Shown here piece after piece: positions 31,241 to 42,434 of a stretch of DNA of 64,000 nucleotides. Positions within the stretch are counted from its first letter, which is position 1. The number at the start of each line of letters is the position of its first letter. The notes below the pieces were generated by a model. That model had not been told where the DNA came from, searched no databases, and was given only the letters and a program-made list of their open reading frames with translations. The DNA lies in the NCBI GenBank assembly GCA_977017575.1, contig CDRNVI010000014.1, forward strand, positions 62,001 through 126,000. Direction: 5' to 3'. Origin of the DNA: Paramoeba atlantica. Lineage: Eukaryota > Protista > Discosea. The translations under genes and the position numbers were made by a program.

Positions 31241-33781
31241 TTATTCCTTGAACGCATCAAAATATCCCTCGCTCAGACTCACAGGAGACTCTTGCGAATC
31301 CTCTGTTTCGGCCTTTATAATATCTTCGTCACGACGAAGCATTTCAACTGTAGAAGGCGAGAGAAGGTTAAATTTTTCAACGGAAGAGGACGTATTAGAC
31401 TTTGATGAATCGCTGTGCATAGTGTCTTTCCCTGACTCTTGACTCACCTCTGCGGGTGTCGTGCTCTTTGGTGGAGTATAAGTTGCGTTCAATGCGTCTT
31501 CCAACAAGTCCTCCATAGAACCCTCCCGAGATCCTACATCAGGACCCGTCAAAACATCAGAAACGGAAGGAGCGTCACGCGCTTGTCCTTTTTCCTCCCA
31601 ACCACCTCCTGTGGCACTGCCCTCCCCACGTCGTTTTTTCCGTGGTGAGTTTAACGTTTCCTGCGCCTTTCTGTCCTTCGTTGCACTCGATGACTCACTC
31701 GTTGCACTATCGGATCCGGAACCGACTTCCCGAGGAAGCGGAGGCAATGCCCCCACCACCTCTGTGGCCCGAATCTCTTTCATTAACTTTTCCAGCGCCT
31801 CTGGACCGGCATTCGCCCGAAGACTCTCATACAACCCTGGGAGAGGGGAAAAAAGAGCGGACTGGACCATCGGCCAGAACGCGGCTAACTCCGGCCGTAC
31901 CGCCTTGAGCTGTGACAGCGGCATCAGCTGCTGTAGCCACGCCGTGAGTAGCAACTGCAGCCCGTTCCTTCCCCCCCCTCCCCCTCCTACCTCCACAAGA
32001 CATCTTGTGTGGAGATAATGCGTGAGCGCAAGTAATGAGGTCTCGGCCTCTCGTCGTAGCGCGGAGGCAAACTCCCGCAGAGTGAAGGCATCGGACTCCA
32101 CGGGGGTTTGAGTTAAAAAGAACTCCTGTAGCCGAGTGCAGATAAAAAATACGACCCGGCGGGTCTCAATATTGAATTGGAGTCCCGTAGTAAGAGCGCA
32201 GTGCTCTTGGAGCGTTGCCAGCGAGGGGGAGACCAGCGCACCCTCCAGCGCACGAAGAATATGGTAGACCAGAAAGGAGGTCCCGGTGGGGAGGCGGTCA
32301 TGGAGTCGGCCTTGGTCCTCCTCTGTGGGCTGTCGACGTAGTGTACGCAACACCAAATGGTGGAGTTGAGTCACTAAGAGGTCCCAGATCGTTTGCTCCC
32401 CGTTCGGGGGACCGAGAAACACCCGGGTGAGATCCGCGACACCCGGGAGCGCGTGTAACAACTCGGCGAAGAAATGTTGCGCACGCGCGGCATGGGGGTC
32501 GGGTTCCGAATGAGGTACGGACCCTTCGGCGGGGGACACATTAGTTAAAGTCCCGGACGCCGGCGGCGTCGCACGGCTCCCCGTAGTCGATGCTTCTTCC
32601 GTGGCTTCTTCTCCAACTGCAGTTCGAACCCCGGAGCTCTCAGCATTGTCGTCTCCTGAAGTTTCGTCCACGCGTTCTGCGGAGTCCGCTGAAGATTCTG
32701 TTGCTGCTGCCGGGCGGGCCGTACTGAGTAACGTCTGGATAATCTGTTGAATCGGTCCAGCCCACGCGGAGGACGCAGAGGACGGAGCAGAAGGGGGTCC
32801 ACGAGAGGTAAACCCACTCGCGACTCCACTACTCGCCGGCAACACATTCCGCACATTCGCCGTGCGAGTAGAACCGGTATTCGAGACTTGCTCTTCCCCA
32901 TTTTCATGGGTTTCCCCCGTTTCTTGCCCCGTCTCCTCTGACAGATTTTCATCCGACAACGAGGCTCCTTCGGACCTTCTCTCCGGGTTCTCCTCCCCCG
33001 CTTCTCCTCCTCTCCCCCCTCCCCTCCCCTCCCCGCTTCCCCCCATCTCGGGGTACCCCGTGGCTGGACGACTCCCGTTTGCGGCATTCACAAACGGGAC
33101 GTAGTTCAGCTGCCGTGCGAGCTGCTGCAGCCGCCTCGGCACCTCCGACAGCTCCTGCAGGTTCACGTGGAGGTGCAGCGCGACCCCTGTGACGGGCATA
33201 CGAGTAGGAGCAGGAGCCGTAGCCGTACTTGTGTGATTCGTACTATACATACTACTACTCGCACCGCTCCTACTACTCGTATTTCCCAACCCCGCAGGGG
33301 TACGACGACCCGTTGGCCATAGTCCGGTAGCCCCGACGTTACGTGCGGCCGCAGCCGTAGCCGTAGCAGCAGATGAGGAAGAAGCCATGGAGGGCGTAAG
33401 AAAATTGGACATGGGAATTTCCCCAATTAAAATGTGAGCTGTGGCTTCTGTGGGGTTGGGGGTATCGTTGGCATTCGGGGAGGGATCGGGGTTTGAGGGT
33501 TGAGGCGCGGGGCTTGGGGTGGGGGTCTCGTGGGAGGGGACAGGGCGTGAGACGAGGTGGAGGGTGTGACCATTGGTGAGGTGAAACTGGCTGAGGCGAA
33601 GATGGTCACGCATCACGCGACCCGCGGTGATGAGTCGTATTTGGTCCGGCGATAGCTCCGGGACGTGGTCACGTGAGATCTGGGCTTTGAGCTCTCGAAC
33701 AAAGGTATCTTGGGTGGTTTCAATGCCGAATTCGACGCCGTTCAGTCGTTTGACCTTCAACTTGAGCGTAGATGTGGACAT
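31241..33781 (-). CDS. BAG6/Scythe-like protein with N-terminal ubiquitin-like domain
   Basis: UBL (LKVKRLNG...VRELKAQI...QIRLITAGRVMRD..RLSQFHLTNGHTLHLVSR), low-complexity linker, and a C-terminal ...LSEGYF motif resembling the BAG6 tail. Confidence 0.7.
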   Translation of the reverse strand: MSTSTLKLKVKRLNGVEFGIETTQDTFVRELKAQISRDHVPELSPDQIRLITAGRVMRDHLRLSQFHLTNGHTLHLVSRPVPSHETPTPSPAPQPSNPDPSPNANDTPNPTEATAHILIGEIPMSNFLTPSMASSSSAATATAAAARNVGATGLWPTGRRTPAGLGNTSSRSGASSSMYSTNHTSTATAPAPTRMPVTGVALHLHVNLQELSEVPRRLQQLARQLNYVPFVNAANGSRPATGYPEMGGSGEGRGGGRGGEAGEENPERRSEGASLSDENLSEETGQETGETHENGEEQVSNTGSTRTANVRNVLPASSGVASGFTSRGPPSAPSSASSAWAGPIQQIIQTLLSTARPAAATESSADSAERVDETSGDDNAESSGVRTAVGEEATEEASTTGSRATPPASGTLTNVSPAEGSVPHSEPDPHAARAQHFFAELLHALPGVADLTRVFLGPPNGEQTIWDLLVTQLHHLVLRTLRRQPTEEDQGRLHDRLPTGTSFLVYHILRALEGALVSPSLATLQEHCALTTGLQFNIETRRVVFFICTRLQEFFLTQTPVESDAFTLREFASALRREAETSLLALTHYLHTRCLVEVGGGGGGRNGLQLLLTAWLQQLMPLSQLKAVRPELAAFWPMVQSALFSPLPGLYESLRANAGPEALEKLMKEIRATEVVGALPPLPREVGSGSDSATSESSSATKDRKAQETLNSPRKKRRGEGSATGGGWEEKGQARDAPSVSDVLTGPDVGSREGSMEDLLEDALNATYTPPKSTTPAEVSQESGKDTMHSDSSKSNTSSSVEKFNLLSPSTVEMLRRDEDIIKAETEDSQESPVSLSEGYFDAFKE

Positions 33782-33972
33782 GATGGAATGAAGAAAACAA
33801 AATCCTCGATCACAAATATTGATAATGATAATTCGGGTAATATACAGTAAAAATGTACAGAAAATTTCCTTTTTTTCTTTTTGAAAAGGACATCGGATTT
33901 GATCAGATGGGGTTAAAAAAGGAGGGATGCAGAATATTTACAATATGAAGCAAATTTCTTTCTTTATCTCTT

Positions 33973-34170
33973 CACCCCAGTTAGCGCACGCCACGGCGGT
34001 GGCAATCCTGTACTTCCACCTGTACTACATGTATCTGGGCTTGCTCTTCTGGATGGTCACTCCCAGGGTCTGGCTCCCAGGCCATAAAAAATGGTTCAGC
34101 CAACCATTTTTGTCAGATGTGTGCGCCGACGAAATACAAGACCTGTAGGGGGCGTGTATATTGTTGCCCA
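33973..34170 (-). mobile_element. 3' end fragment of the CRE-like element
   Basis: SAHTSDKNGWLNH...LGVTIQKSK matches RAHTSDKNGCLSH..IGVAIQKGN at 60422-60619. Confidence 0.75.
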
Positions 34171-34749
34171 CTACTCTATTCGAATCCTCGTACCTCGCAC
34201 AAAGACGGTGGCCTGTTGGACGCAAGCTCTAGATAAAACACCCCGTAAATCCGAATTACCATTTAACTTAATTACTTCAATGGATGCAGGAATTAATGAA
34301 AAATCAACAGTTCCGTAAAATTGGTTATTCGATAAATCTAACACAACTAATGCACCAGGCAAACCAGATCCATCAAAGAGGCACTTGAATCTATTCTTTT
34401 CTAAATCCAAGTACACCATTCCTGGTGGCAACGCATCAAACGGTATATTGCCCGATAGATAGTTCCCTCGTTCAATAAAACCCATTCCGAGTTCTACTCT
34501 CCTTACTGTTGAAGGTAGACGATTCCAGTGCAATGCACCACGCAGACCTAAATCTTCCCAGCAAATCTCAATCACTTGCTTTAAGGTGTCACAGGAAATA
34601 CCATTCCAATCACATGCTCGGGTATCACGACTCCAGGAAGAATCCAAATTTTGAACGTCTGCAATGAATAAAGCGAGTTCATATTCTTGCGGCGGAAACG
34701 CGTGGATTGCACTGACCTTTCCTAAGTGTACGTGATGGGTATCAGCCAT
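34171..34749 (-). CDS. LRR protein
   Basis: FPPQEYELALF...WSRDTRACDWNGISC cap plus LRRs. ATG 34749 follows an AG. Confidence 0.85.
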   Translation of the reverse strand: MADTHHVHLGKVSAIHAFPPQEYELALFIADVQNLDSSWSRDTRACDWNGISCDTLKQVIEICWEDLGLRGALHWNRLPSTVRRVELGMGFIERGNYLSGNIPFDALPPGMVYLDLEKNRFKCLFDGSGLPGALVVLDLSNNQFYGTVDFSLIPASIEVIKLNGNSDLRGVLSRACVQQATVFVRGTRIRIE

Positions 34750-35255
34750 GAATGTACTCACAGAAAAGATTATAAATTTGTAAGATTTAAATCGATCACA
34801 AAATGAAGTCCGGCTGACTACATGATCTATGCATTTTTTATCTATGCACCTTTTTATTTTTTAAAAAGATCTATTAATTTTCAAATTAAAAAAAAAAAAA
34901 GATCGCTGCATGCTAACACACCTCTGCAGTATTTATGGAGAAAATATCTATTTTCACCAAAAAAACACATATGCAGCCTAATGTAAATGTAAAATACAGT
35001 CCAGGAATTGGTTTCTCCCCGGGCTACAGAGCACACCGCAAGAGCTTTTGATCTAATTCCTTCGGCATTCAGCAGATCTCGAAAAACTAGAGCGTTTCCC
35101 GCGCTTCGTTTGCCTATCACCCCCTCTGGGTCCTGGATGGGCATGGTCAAAGTTGGCAAATTAATAATAATAATAATTAAAGGGGGGTAGAAAGTGAAAA
35201 AAATGATTTCTTCCTCTTTTCATGCCCCCCTGTATGGCAAATGAAGTCACTCACT

Positions 35256-36170
35256 TCACTCAAGGGATATTTTAGTGCCCAACCATAATCCTGCAAGATA
35301 GTCAAGCAGCGCTACGGGAAGCTTTGCCACTCTCACTTTTCCGCTCAGTAGTTTGTTGTCCTGCAAACGGAGATGTCCTATGCGAGGTGGGAGATTATGC
35401 AAATCTACGCTTCCTTCGAAGTTATTGTTATTTAAGTGAAGTGAATCAATATTTGCGGGAAGTTCAGTCAATGTCAAACGTCCTGAAAAGTCATTAAAGG
35501 AAAGTTTCAGTTCTGATAAATTAGGGGGCAAATTAACGAGACTTATACAACCTGTTAAAAAGTTGTGAGACAAATCGACCGCCACTATACTTTGAGGGAG
35601 AGATGTCAAAGCTAATGAGCCCTTAAGAGCATTGTTGTTGAGTCTTAACGTATGAAGGCGACTTCCGGTAGGAAGATTTTCTAAATTTACATTTCCCGAG
35701 ATGCCGCTGCTACGTGCGACAAATCTTACGACGGTCGCAGGGATATGTTCAAAGTCAAACGAGCCTTTTAGAGCTTTCCAAGCCCAGCGGATCTCTTCAA
35801 TGTTTCCACTCTCATCGCATTTAATTCCAGTCCACTCACAAGCAGGTGTCGCAGCGGTCCACTGTTCTGGTTTGGTAATTAGTCCGAGTACCAATTTTTC
35901 TAACGCATATTCTTGAGGCAATGTGATGCAACTGATTTTCCCCCTCCGCGTAACGCGTGACGCTGATGTTGGATTAGCCTTCGGAAGAGATGCTGCGGGT
36001 AATTCCTCGGCAGAAAATTCTTTCTGGTTACTTATTTTGCGTCTCTTTGACATCCGCGTTTCCGCATCCGACAATAGTCCGAATAAAATCATTGATAGTC
36101 CCAAAGTATTATGTAGGGGAACAATAGGGGATGTGCAATAGGTAAAGCAATGAAAAGTACTGTCATTCAA
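35256..36170 (-). CDS. LRR protein
   Basis: LPQEYALEKL...WTAATPACEWTGIKC cap plus LRRs. Start codon uncertain. Confidence 0.88.
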   Translation of the reverse strand: MNDSTFHCFTYCTSPIVPLHNTLGLSMILFGLLSDAETRMSKRRKISNQKEFSAEELPAASLPKANPTSASRVTRRGKISCITLPQEYALEKLVLGLITKPEQWTAATPACEWTGIKCDESGNIEEIRWAWKALKGSFDFEHIPATVVRFVARSSGISGNVNLENLPTGSRLHTLRLNNNALKGSLALTSLPQSIVAVDLSHNFLTGCISLVNLPPNLSELKLSFNDFSGRLTLTELPANIDSLHLNNNNFEGSVDLHNLPPRIGHLRLQDNKLLSGKVRVAKLPVALLDYLAGLWLGTKISLE

Positions 36171-36283
36171 TAAATAAGAAGTGGAATAAATTTGAATTGA
36201 TTTTTTTCACAAAAATGTTGTGATCTCCTTTCAAGGGTATTCCACTTGCACTAACTTACATAAAATTGATATGGAAGGAGATA

Positions 36284-36329
36284 CAGGGGGTGGCACGAAA
36301 ATATGGGGGGGGGGGGTCAAAACCCCCTG
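36284..36329. mobile_element. 46-bp TA-flanked mini-element (CAGGGGG...CCCCCTG)
   Basis: 7-bp TIR resembling the CAGGGG ends of the DD32E element. Confidence 0.35.
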
Positions 36330-36966
36330 TATGAAAGAACTGCGCTGAAAACGTGTGCATATCAATTTCACGTATGCTAACTGCACTCCTCTTGAAGCAA
36401 ATATTTCTCTAAAATCGTATAAAAGTGCAATGTTTGATGAATCTTAGGGGTGCAGGCAAAGTGGCACCGTTTTCTATAAAAATTTTCCATTTTGTTTTCA
36501 GTTTGTTAGCTCATTACATGCTATTTAGATACGTTTAGTTACACTTTTAACTTTTTAGGTTATTGCCACTTCATGGTTCGACGAGGAAGGAGTAGACTAC
36601 GAGAAGCAAAAGTAATTGACTACAGAAACAAATGTACGTTTCAAAAAAAGTTCATCCGCACTTTCGAGGTTTATTACAATGTCGTCCAGAACCTACGTGT
36701 GCGTGATCTTTTATTCAGAGAATGCCCTCTACTCAAGTGAGCCTTCTGCAGTGCTTCCGACAGTAAAAGGGAAGCACAAAATAGATATTATTTAAAATGA
36801 CGCTACAAAAAAGTCGCGTTTGCTTGCAGTACATAGTGAGAAAATAGTATCTTTGCTAAATAACGCAATATGGCCTTTTTTGAATTCACCTTAAATTTAA
36901 GTATACTTGAAAAATTTGAATTTCTCTCTTTTACGCATGTACTGATACTAATTTTGTCACGAACTT

Positions 36967-37818
36967 TTAACTTTGTGATTCATGGTTCTTCTTTCGCTCT
37001 TCTGTTTTTACCACCTGGGTGCCATTGATATGAATCTGTTCCACTCGTACGGGAAGTTTGGACAAGTCAACTGCGCCGTTCAGTTCAGCATTGTTTTTCA
37101 AAGAAAGAACTCGAAGTCGGTCAGGAAGATTTTCAAACATCACCAAACCAGAAAAAAGATTGTTGTCGCATTCGAGGATTTGGAGGGATGAAGGTAAATG
37201 TTGTAATTCAAGAGGCCCAGTAAAAAAATTATTTGATAAACTGATGTGATTCAGATTTGACGGCAAACGGGTAAAGTCAATGCTTCCAGAAAAATTGTTG
37301 TTACGCAAGAAGAAATGTGTTAAACGTGGAGGCAATTGGGTCAAATCTACACTGCCCGTAAACTGATTGCCATGCAGAGTAAGCCATTCCAATGTATGTG
37401 GCATGCGAATAAAATCCAACGAACCTTTGAAAGCATTGTGGGATGCACGTAATTGAACAAGTTGGGAGGGCAGCACATTAAGGGTTACGTTTCCGGTAAG
37501 CTTGTTCCGCCAAATGCGGCAGTGATGTAGCGTAGGAGAGAGGTATTCCCATTGAAGCATTCCAGTAAGACCCTTATCACCCCAACAAATTCTTGTAACT
37601 TTTAGATGCTCATTGCAAATTACGCCCTCCCACTCACATGCAGGTGTCGATGTGTTCCAGGAAAGGTCCGTATTATCTACATCGGCAATGAAACGTGAAA
37701 GTTCGTATTCCTGTGGTAAATGGGAACCTCGTACCTTACCCGGAAGGGTTCGCTGTGTAATAATTGTATTCGAATCATCGGCTGCGTGAACAAGGAAAAC
37801 CGTAAAGTGCAAAATCAT
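36967..37818 (-). CDS. LRR protein
   Basis: MILHFTVFLVHAADDS leader; PGKVRGSHLPQEYEL...WNTSTPACEWEGVIC; LRRs. Confidence 0.9.
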   Translation of the reverse strand: MILHFTVFLVHAADDSNTIITQRTLPGKVRGSHLPQEYELSRFIADVDNTDLSWNTSTPACEWEGVICNEHLKVTRICWGDKGLTGMLQWEYLSPTLHHCRIWRNKLTGNVTLNVLPSQLVQLRASHNAFKGSLDFIRMPHTLEWLTLHGNQFTGSVDLTQLPPRLTHFFLRNNNFSGSIDFTRLPSNLNHISLSNNFFTGPLELQHLPSSLQILECDNNLFSGLVMFENLPDRLRVLSLKNNAELNGAVDLSKLPVRVEQIHINGTQVVKTEERKKNHESQS

Positions 37819-37892
37819 GAGTGTTCTCTTGTAAAGCTATGTAGATATTCGGCTGTGAAGGAAATTTGAAGTGTAAAAAAGTTTGTCCTCTC

Positions 37893-37970
37893 CCACCCAG
37901 CCCAGTTAGCGCATGCCCCGGCGGTACCAGTCTTGTATCGCCGCCTTTACAATCTGGGCGTTCCGTATAA
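37893..37970 (-). mobile_element. Very short 3'-terminal remnant of the CRE-like element
   Basis: CCCAGTTAGCGCA.GCC.CGGCGGT...ATCTGGGC is shared with 33973-34045. Confidence 0.55.
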
Positions 37971-38394
37971 AAAGTACATATTGAGTTTTATAGGTAAACT
38001 AAGTTTAGATTAAATTTGACGATACCGATACAAGTCGAAGGATGGCAAACGGAAATAATTACGAGCAGTTGGCTCTAGAATCAGTGTTAAGCACTCGTAC
38101 TGTCACCGAATTAACGAAAAAAGGTGGAGCGCATTGCTGCCACTGTTCATGAAGTGCGCACTGCGGCCGCATAAGGTACTGTGTCAATCAATTCCAAAAG
38201 ATGAAACCTGTTTTTCGAAGCCGAAAAAAGAGGGAGGGGCAAAAACCGATCTGCCAGAGGGGTTCAACCTGAACAAAAGTCATCACAGAGACTATCCGTT
38301 CTCGGCAAACTGAACAGATCTTTATAAGCACACTCGTGGATCGATGTGGTCCCTTGGCTAATGACCCGCACCGAAAGAAAACCCAAAATAGAGA

Positions 38395-39114
38395 TTATTT
38401 AAAGTGACGTGACAAAAATGACTCGCTTTTTGTGCGCTCCCATTGTGCCAGCGGATTCAATGTTTTAGCAGCGGTGCGAATCGAAGTACTCGTAAGAGTG
38501 TCGGAATTATCGGATTCCGAGTCGACGTCCTCTTCTGAAATAATTTCCAAACCATCTTCCATCCAAAGAAGGTCTGTCTGTTCCCCTGACTCTATGGCAC
38601 GCATTGATGCCCCCTCTTTGTTTCTTGAAAAGGATGCTTCGGCATTGCGATTGACCAACTGCTTCGTCGAGCGAAGTTTCTCAAGCTCCCTTTCCAGTTC
38701 CTCTTCTGAGTCGACGTCCTCTGCAGAGTCTACGGACAAATTATTTTCATTCAATGATAGCGTTGTCTTCTCATTGCTCTTTTCATCAAGATGGAGTAGC
38801 TTCGTTCGTCTCGTGTTCGATTCTACGTTGCTTGTTTCCTCATGTGATGTATTTCCTTTTTGTGATCTTGAACTTTTATCCTCAATCCTTGCAACCTCCC
38901 GTTCTATTGCGAGAGCACGCGAACTTCCACAGGGAAGTATTCTAGAAAGTGAATCCGTGGCGAAGGACTCGGAAAACACATCGCTGGCTTTGCGTTTCTT
39001 CAGCTGCATCGCACGCTGGTTGAGGCTTCGAGAGCTTAGAATAGAACGCTCACGTAGAGCAATCGTGTCTGCGTCGTTTACCCCTAGACGTACCTGGGCG
39101 GGTATGTGTGGCAT
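38395..39114 (-). CDS. Acidic coiled-coil protein, possibly Cwc15-like splicing factor
   Basis: SSRSLNQRAMQLKKR, EDVDSEEELERELEKLR and a terminal SESFLSRHFK loosely follow the Cwc15 layout. Confidence 0.45.
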   Translation of the reverse strand: MPHIPAQVRLGVNDADTIALRERSILSSRSLNQRAMQLKKRKASDVFSESFATDSLSRILPCGSSRALAIEREVARIEDKSSRSQKGNTSHEETSNVESNTRRTKLLHLDEKSNEKTTLSLNENNLSVDSAEDVDSEEELERELEKLRSTKQLVNRNAEASFSRNKEGASMRAIESGEQTDLLWMEDGLEIISEEDVDSESDNSDTLTSTSIRTAAKTLNPLAQWERTKSESFLSRHFK

Positions 39115-39609
39115 GTGAATAGAATAAAGCCAAGAATTTCTTCAAAAAAATTAAGAAATATAAGAATAAGCAGACATCAACTTCTCATCCACTCGTCATA
39201 CCCGCAAGCGAGCGACAAGCACGTAGAAAATAAGCTGAATAAATGAAAGAATTGCAAACGAAAGAAAAACAACGCTGTGAAATTTCAGTTTTCCAATAAA
39301 ATTTAGCAAATGAATAGGAAAAAAAGAATATTTCGGTGAATAGAAAACGTTTCGAACGTTACCTAATGGCTTTCAATATGTATTCAATACAGGTTGCGTA
39401 TATAATTTATTCAAATAATATAATTGCTTCTATGTTTTTTTTCCGAAGCCTTAATCCATTCATGTCAATTCGAGGTATATTTGAAAAATAGCAAAAGCAA
39501 AAAATTCAAGATGAAGCACACTTTAACCGCTCAGCAACTGAGACAATAGCATTCACTGGTCAGGGTATTAAAATCATAGGACATCTATTGGATCAAAATT
39601 TGCATTTTT

Positions 39610-42399
39610 TCATTCCTTCTTTCCTTTTTGCCCTCGACCCTTTGCCCCTTTCTTTTCTGACGTTGTTGGCTTTCCACCTGCCTGTTTTTTCTCTGCTGCA
39701 TCCTTTCCTGCATTTTTTTCCTCAGCGGTTGCTTTCCCAAGATCTTTTTCATTTTTCGTTTCTTTTGCCTCGGTTTCGCCGCGAATTTCTCCTTGTTGCG
39801 AAACTTCCGAGTCTTCCTTTCCTGCATTTTTTGCCTCAGAGATTCCGTTCTCAAGATGTTTTTCGTTATTCGTTTCTTTTACCTCGGTTTCGCCGCGAAC
39901 TTCTTCTTTCTGCGAAACCTCCGAGGGCTCTGCGACTTTTTCGACCATTTTAGACATCATAGCATTCAACCGCTGCACAATGGTTCGTGGGTCATCACAT
40001 AGCCCGGCGGAGATTAGCGCATTGTCAAACAGCTGCTCGGCCAGAAGTCCAGCCAGCTCTATGTCCAAACTTCCAGTGCTCTGTGTCAGCGTGTAGAGCT
40101 TCCGGATTAAACTGTGCTTCGGGTTAAAATGGATGTTGTACTTCAAGTTCGGGGCGTCCTGCTTTCCCATCAGTTTCATCATCTTACGAATCTGCGCGTT
40201 CTCGTGATCGACAAGAACAATCGGGCTGCTCGAGAGGCGGTGCGTGGCCTTTACCATGCCCACTTTCCCCAGCAGGCGCTTCGTGAAGAAATCCGCCAGA
40301 GCGCTGCATTGGGTCTCCGAGAGCTCGGGCTGGACGTTCGTCTCTGCCTTATCCCCGTCAATCTTCTTCTTGGCCTGCACGGCGCCATCGAGATTGGCAT
40401 CAAACGTCTCAATGTTTTGCATTTTATACTTCCGGTAGCTGTCCAGGTGCTGCACAACAAACTCGTCAATGTGCTCCGTGAGAATTAGGACCTCCAGGTT
40501 ATGGAGTTTGTACTGCTCGTAATACGGGCTGACCATTGCGGTATCCCGCGAGGGCACGGTGAGGTAGTAGACATGGGTCTGGTTCGCGGGCATACGATCA
40601 ATGTACTGGTCCAAACTCGACAACACCCCGGGGGTATCCCCATGGCTGCTCTCGAAGCGCAGCAGTTTCGCAATCTCCATTTTGTTGACCGTGTCGGTGC
40701 ACACTCCTTCCTTTAAGAAGAATCCAAATTCCTTGATAAACTTTTCGTATTGGGTCGCGTCCCGACGGCTCTCCTCGTCCAGCCATTTCAGTACACGTTT
40801 GGTGATCACAGCGCTGAGCTTGCGAATTAGAGCACTGTCTTGGGTGTGCTCGCGGCTAATGTTCAACGGAAGGTCCTCGCAGTCGACGACACCCTTCAGA
40901 AACCGTAACCACTCGGGGATCACATTCTTCGCCTTACTTTGGATTAACACTTTGCGACAGTACAAATTCACTGCACACTCTTGACGCCCACCGCCAAATT
41001 TCTCCGCATGGGTCTGTGGGACATAAAGTAAAGAGTGAATCATTAACGGGGCATCAATGGAGTAATGCAGCTTAAACAGAGGAGTGTCATAAGCTCCGCT
41101 CACAAACTTGTAAAAGTCGTTGTGCTCCTCCTCACTTACTTCACTCTTGTTTTTCATCCAAAGCGCTTTGACCGTGTTGATACGGTTTCCGTTCAATGTG
41201 ATGTCAAATGAGATAAAGTTGGAGTACTTTTTAATGATACGCTCCACGACCGTTGGGGTGCAGAACGCGAGTTCGGTGTCCTTCATCTCAAGCACAATCT
41301 TGGTCCCTTTAGCGACACCCTCGCATTCCGTGATACGATAAGACCCGTGACCATCAGATTCCCACAAATACCCTTTCGAGCCTTTTGCCGCACTCCGGGA
41401 GTACACTTTAATGTTCTTTGCAACCATAAAGGCGGCATAGAACCCGACCCCGAACTGTCCAATAATACTCTCCATGGTCTTCGTGCTCTCTCCTTTCTCC
41501 TTTAGCTGGTTGAGAAACGCCCGAGATCCGGAGCTGCAAATCGTGCCGAGACAATTCACCAACTCCTCCTTACCCATCCCCACCCCGGTGTCAACAATCA
41601 CAAACTGGTTTTTCGCCTGTTTCGCATAAATCGCCACCCCCGGGGTCTCATCCGTATCCTCCCGGGCATAGTTCTCCGGCTCACTCAGCTCCAAATGTCG
41701 TCGTTTCTCCAGCGCATCCGAGGCATTACTGATCAACTCCCGCACAAATACCTCCTTGTCGGAGTACAGACTGCAGGCGACGATATCCAACAACTGCCGG
41801 GTCTCCGCCTTAAACGTCATCTCCTCCGCACTCCCCGTGACCACCTCAGTCTCGCGCAACGCACTCAGATCCAGCTCCGAGGCTTTGTCCGTATCTTCAG
41901 AAGCCTTCGCATTGGACTCCGCAAAACCATCGGAATCCTCAAACGGCTCTACGACGCTCTCATTCGTAAACTCCGGATTCGGCAAGGTCTCGCTTTCGGT
42001 GTCACCCAAAGTTGTTGTGTTTGGGGTTTCCGTTTTATCGGTCACGGATTCATTCGCATTCTCAGTTTTCATTTTGTCTTCCCTTTCATTGGTTGTTTTG
42101 TTTTCTTCTTGATCGTTTTGAGTTTCTTGAGTTTTTGTATTTTCTACCTTCTTGGTCTTGGAGCTGTTCGTGGGGGTTGCGTCTACGTTTGTTGTTGTTG
42201 TAGTACTCGTGGTAGAATGAAACCGAGCAGAGGTGACACATAAAGGAGAAGAAGCAGAAGCAGAAGACTCGGAGCTCATCGTGAGGGGTTGAGCGGAGAG
42301 GGAGGCAGAGGGGAAGGGAGAAGAAGCGGAAGAAGTGCGGGTCCCGAGGAAACGGGATCGGGAGAGGGTGCGTGCCGCGGAGCAAGGGAGGCGTCGCAT
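39610..42399 (-). CDS. TRAP1: Mitochondrial HSP90 (TRAP1/HSP75)
   Basis: FKAETRQLLDIVACSLYSDKEVFVRELISNASDALEK and IGQFGVGFYAAFMVA; no MEEVD. Arg/Ser-rich presequence from ATG 42399 after a pyrimidine tract. Confidence 0.93.
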   Translation of the reverse strand: MRRLPCSAARTLSRSRFLGTRTSSASSPFPSASLSAQPLTMSSESSASASSPLCVTSARFHSTTSTTTTTNVDATPTNSSKTKKVENTKTQETQNDQEENKTTNEREDKMKTENANESVTDKTETPNTTTLGDTESETLPNPEFTNESVVEPFEDSDGFAESNAKASEDTDKASELDLSALRETEVVTGSAEEMTFKAETRQLLDIVACSLYSDKEVFVRELISNASDALEKRRHLELSEPENYAREDTDETPGVAIYAKQAKNQFVIVDTGVGMGKEELVNCLGTICSSGSRAFLNQLKEKGESTKTMESIIGQFGVGFYAAFMVAKNIKVYSRSAAKGSKGYLWESDGHGSYRITECEGVAKGTKIVLEMKDTELAFCTPTVVERIIKKYSNFISFDITLNGNRINTVKALWMKNKSEVSEEEHNDFYKFVSGAYDTPLFKLHYSIDAPLMIHSLLYVPQTHAEKFGGGRQECAVNLYCRKVLIQSKAKNVIPEWLRFLKGVVDCEDLPLNISREHTQDSALIRKLSAVITKRVLKWLDEESRRDATQYEKFIKEFGFFLKEGVCTDTVNKMEIAKLLRFESSHGDTPGVLSSLDQYIDRMPANQTHVYYLTVPSRDTAMVSPYYEQYKLHNLEVLILTEHIDEFVVQHLDSYRKYKMQNIETFDANLDGAVQAKKKIDGDKAETNVQPELSETQCSALADFFTKRLLGKVGMVKATHRLSSSPIVLVDHENAQIRKMMKLMGKQDAPNLKYNIHFNPKHSLIRKLYTLTQSTGSLDIELAGLLAEQLFDNALISAGLCDDPRTIVQRLNAMMSKMVEKVAEPSEVSQKEEVRGETEVKETNNEKHLENGISEAKNAGKEDSEVSQQGEIRGETEAKETKNEKDLGKATAEEKNAGKDAAEKKQAGGKPTTSEKKGAKGRGQKGKKE

Positions 42400-42434
42400 G
42401 GGTGGGTAGAGTGGAAAAAAAGGGAAAGGAAGAT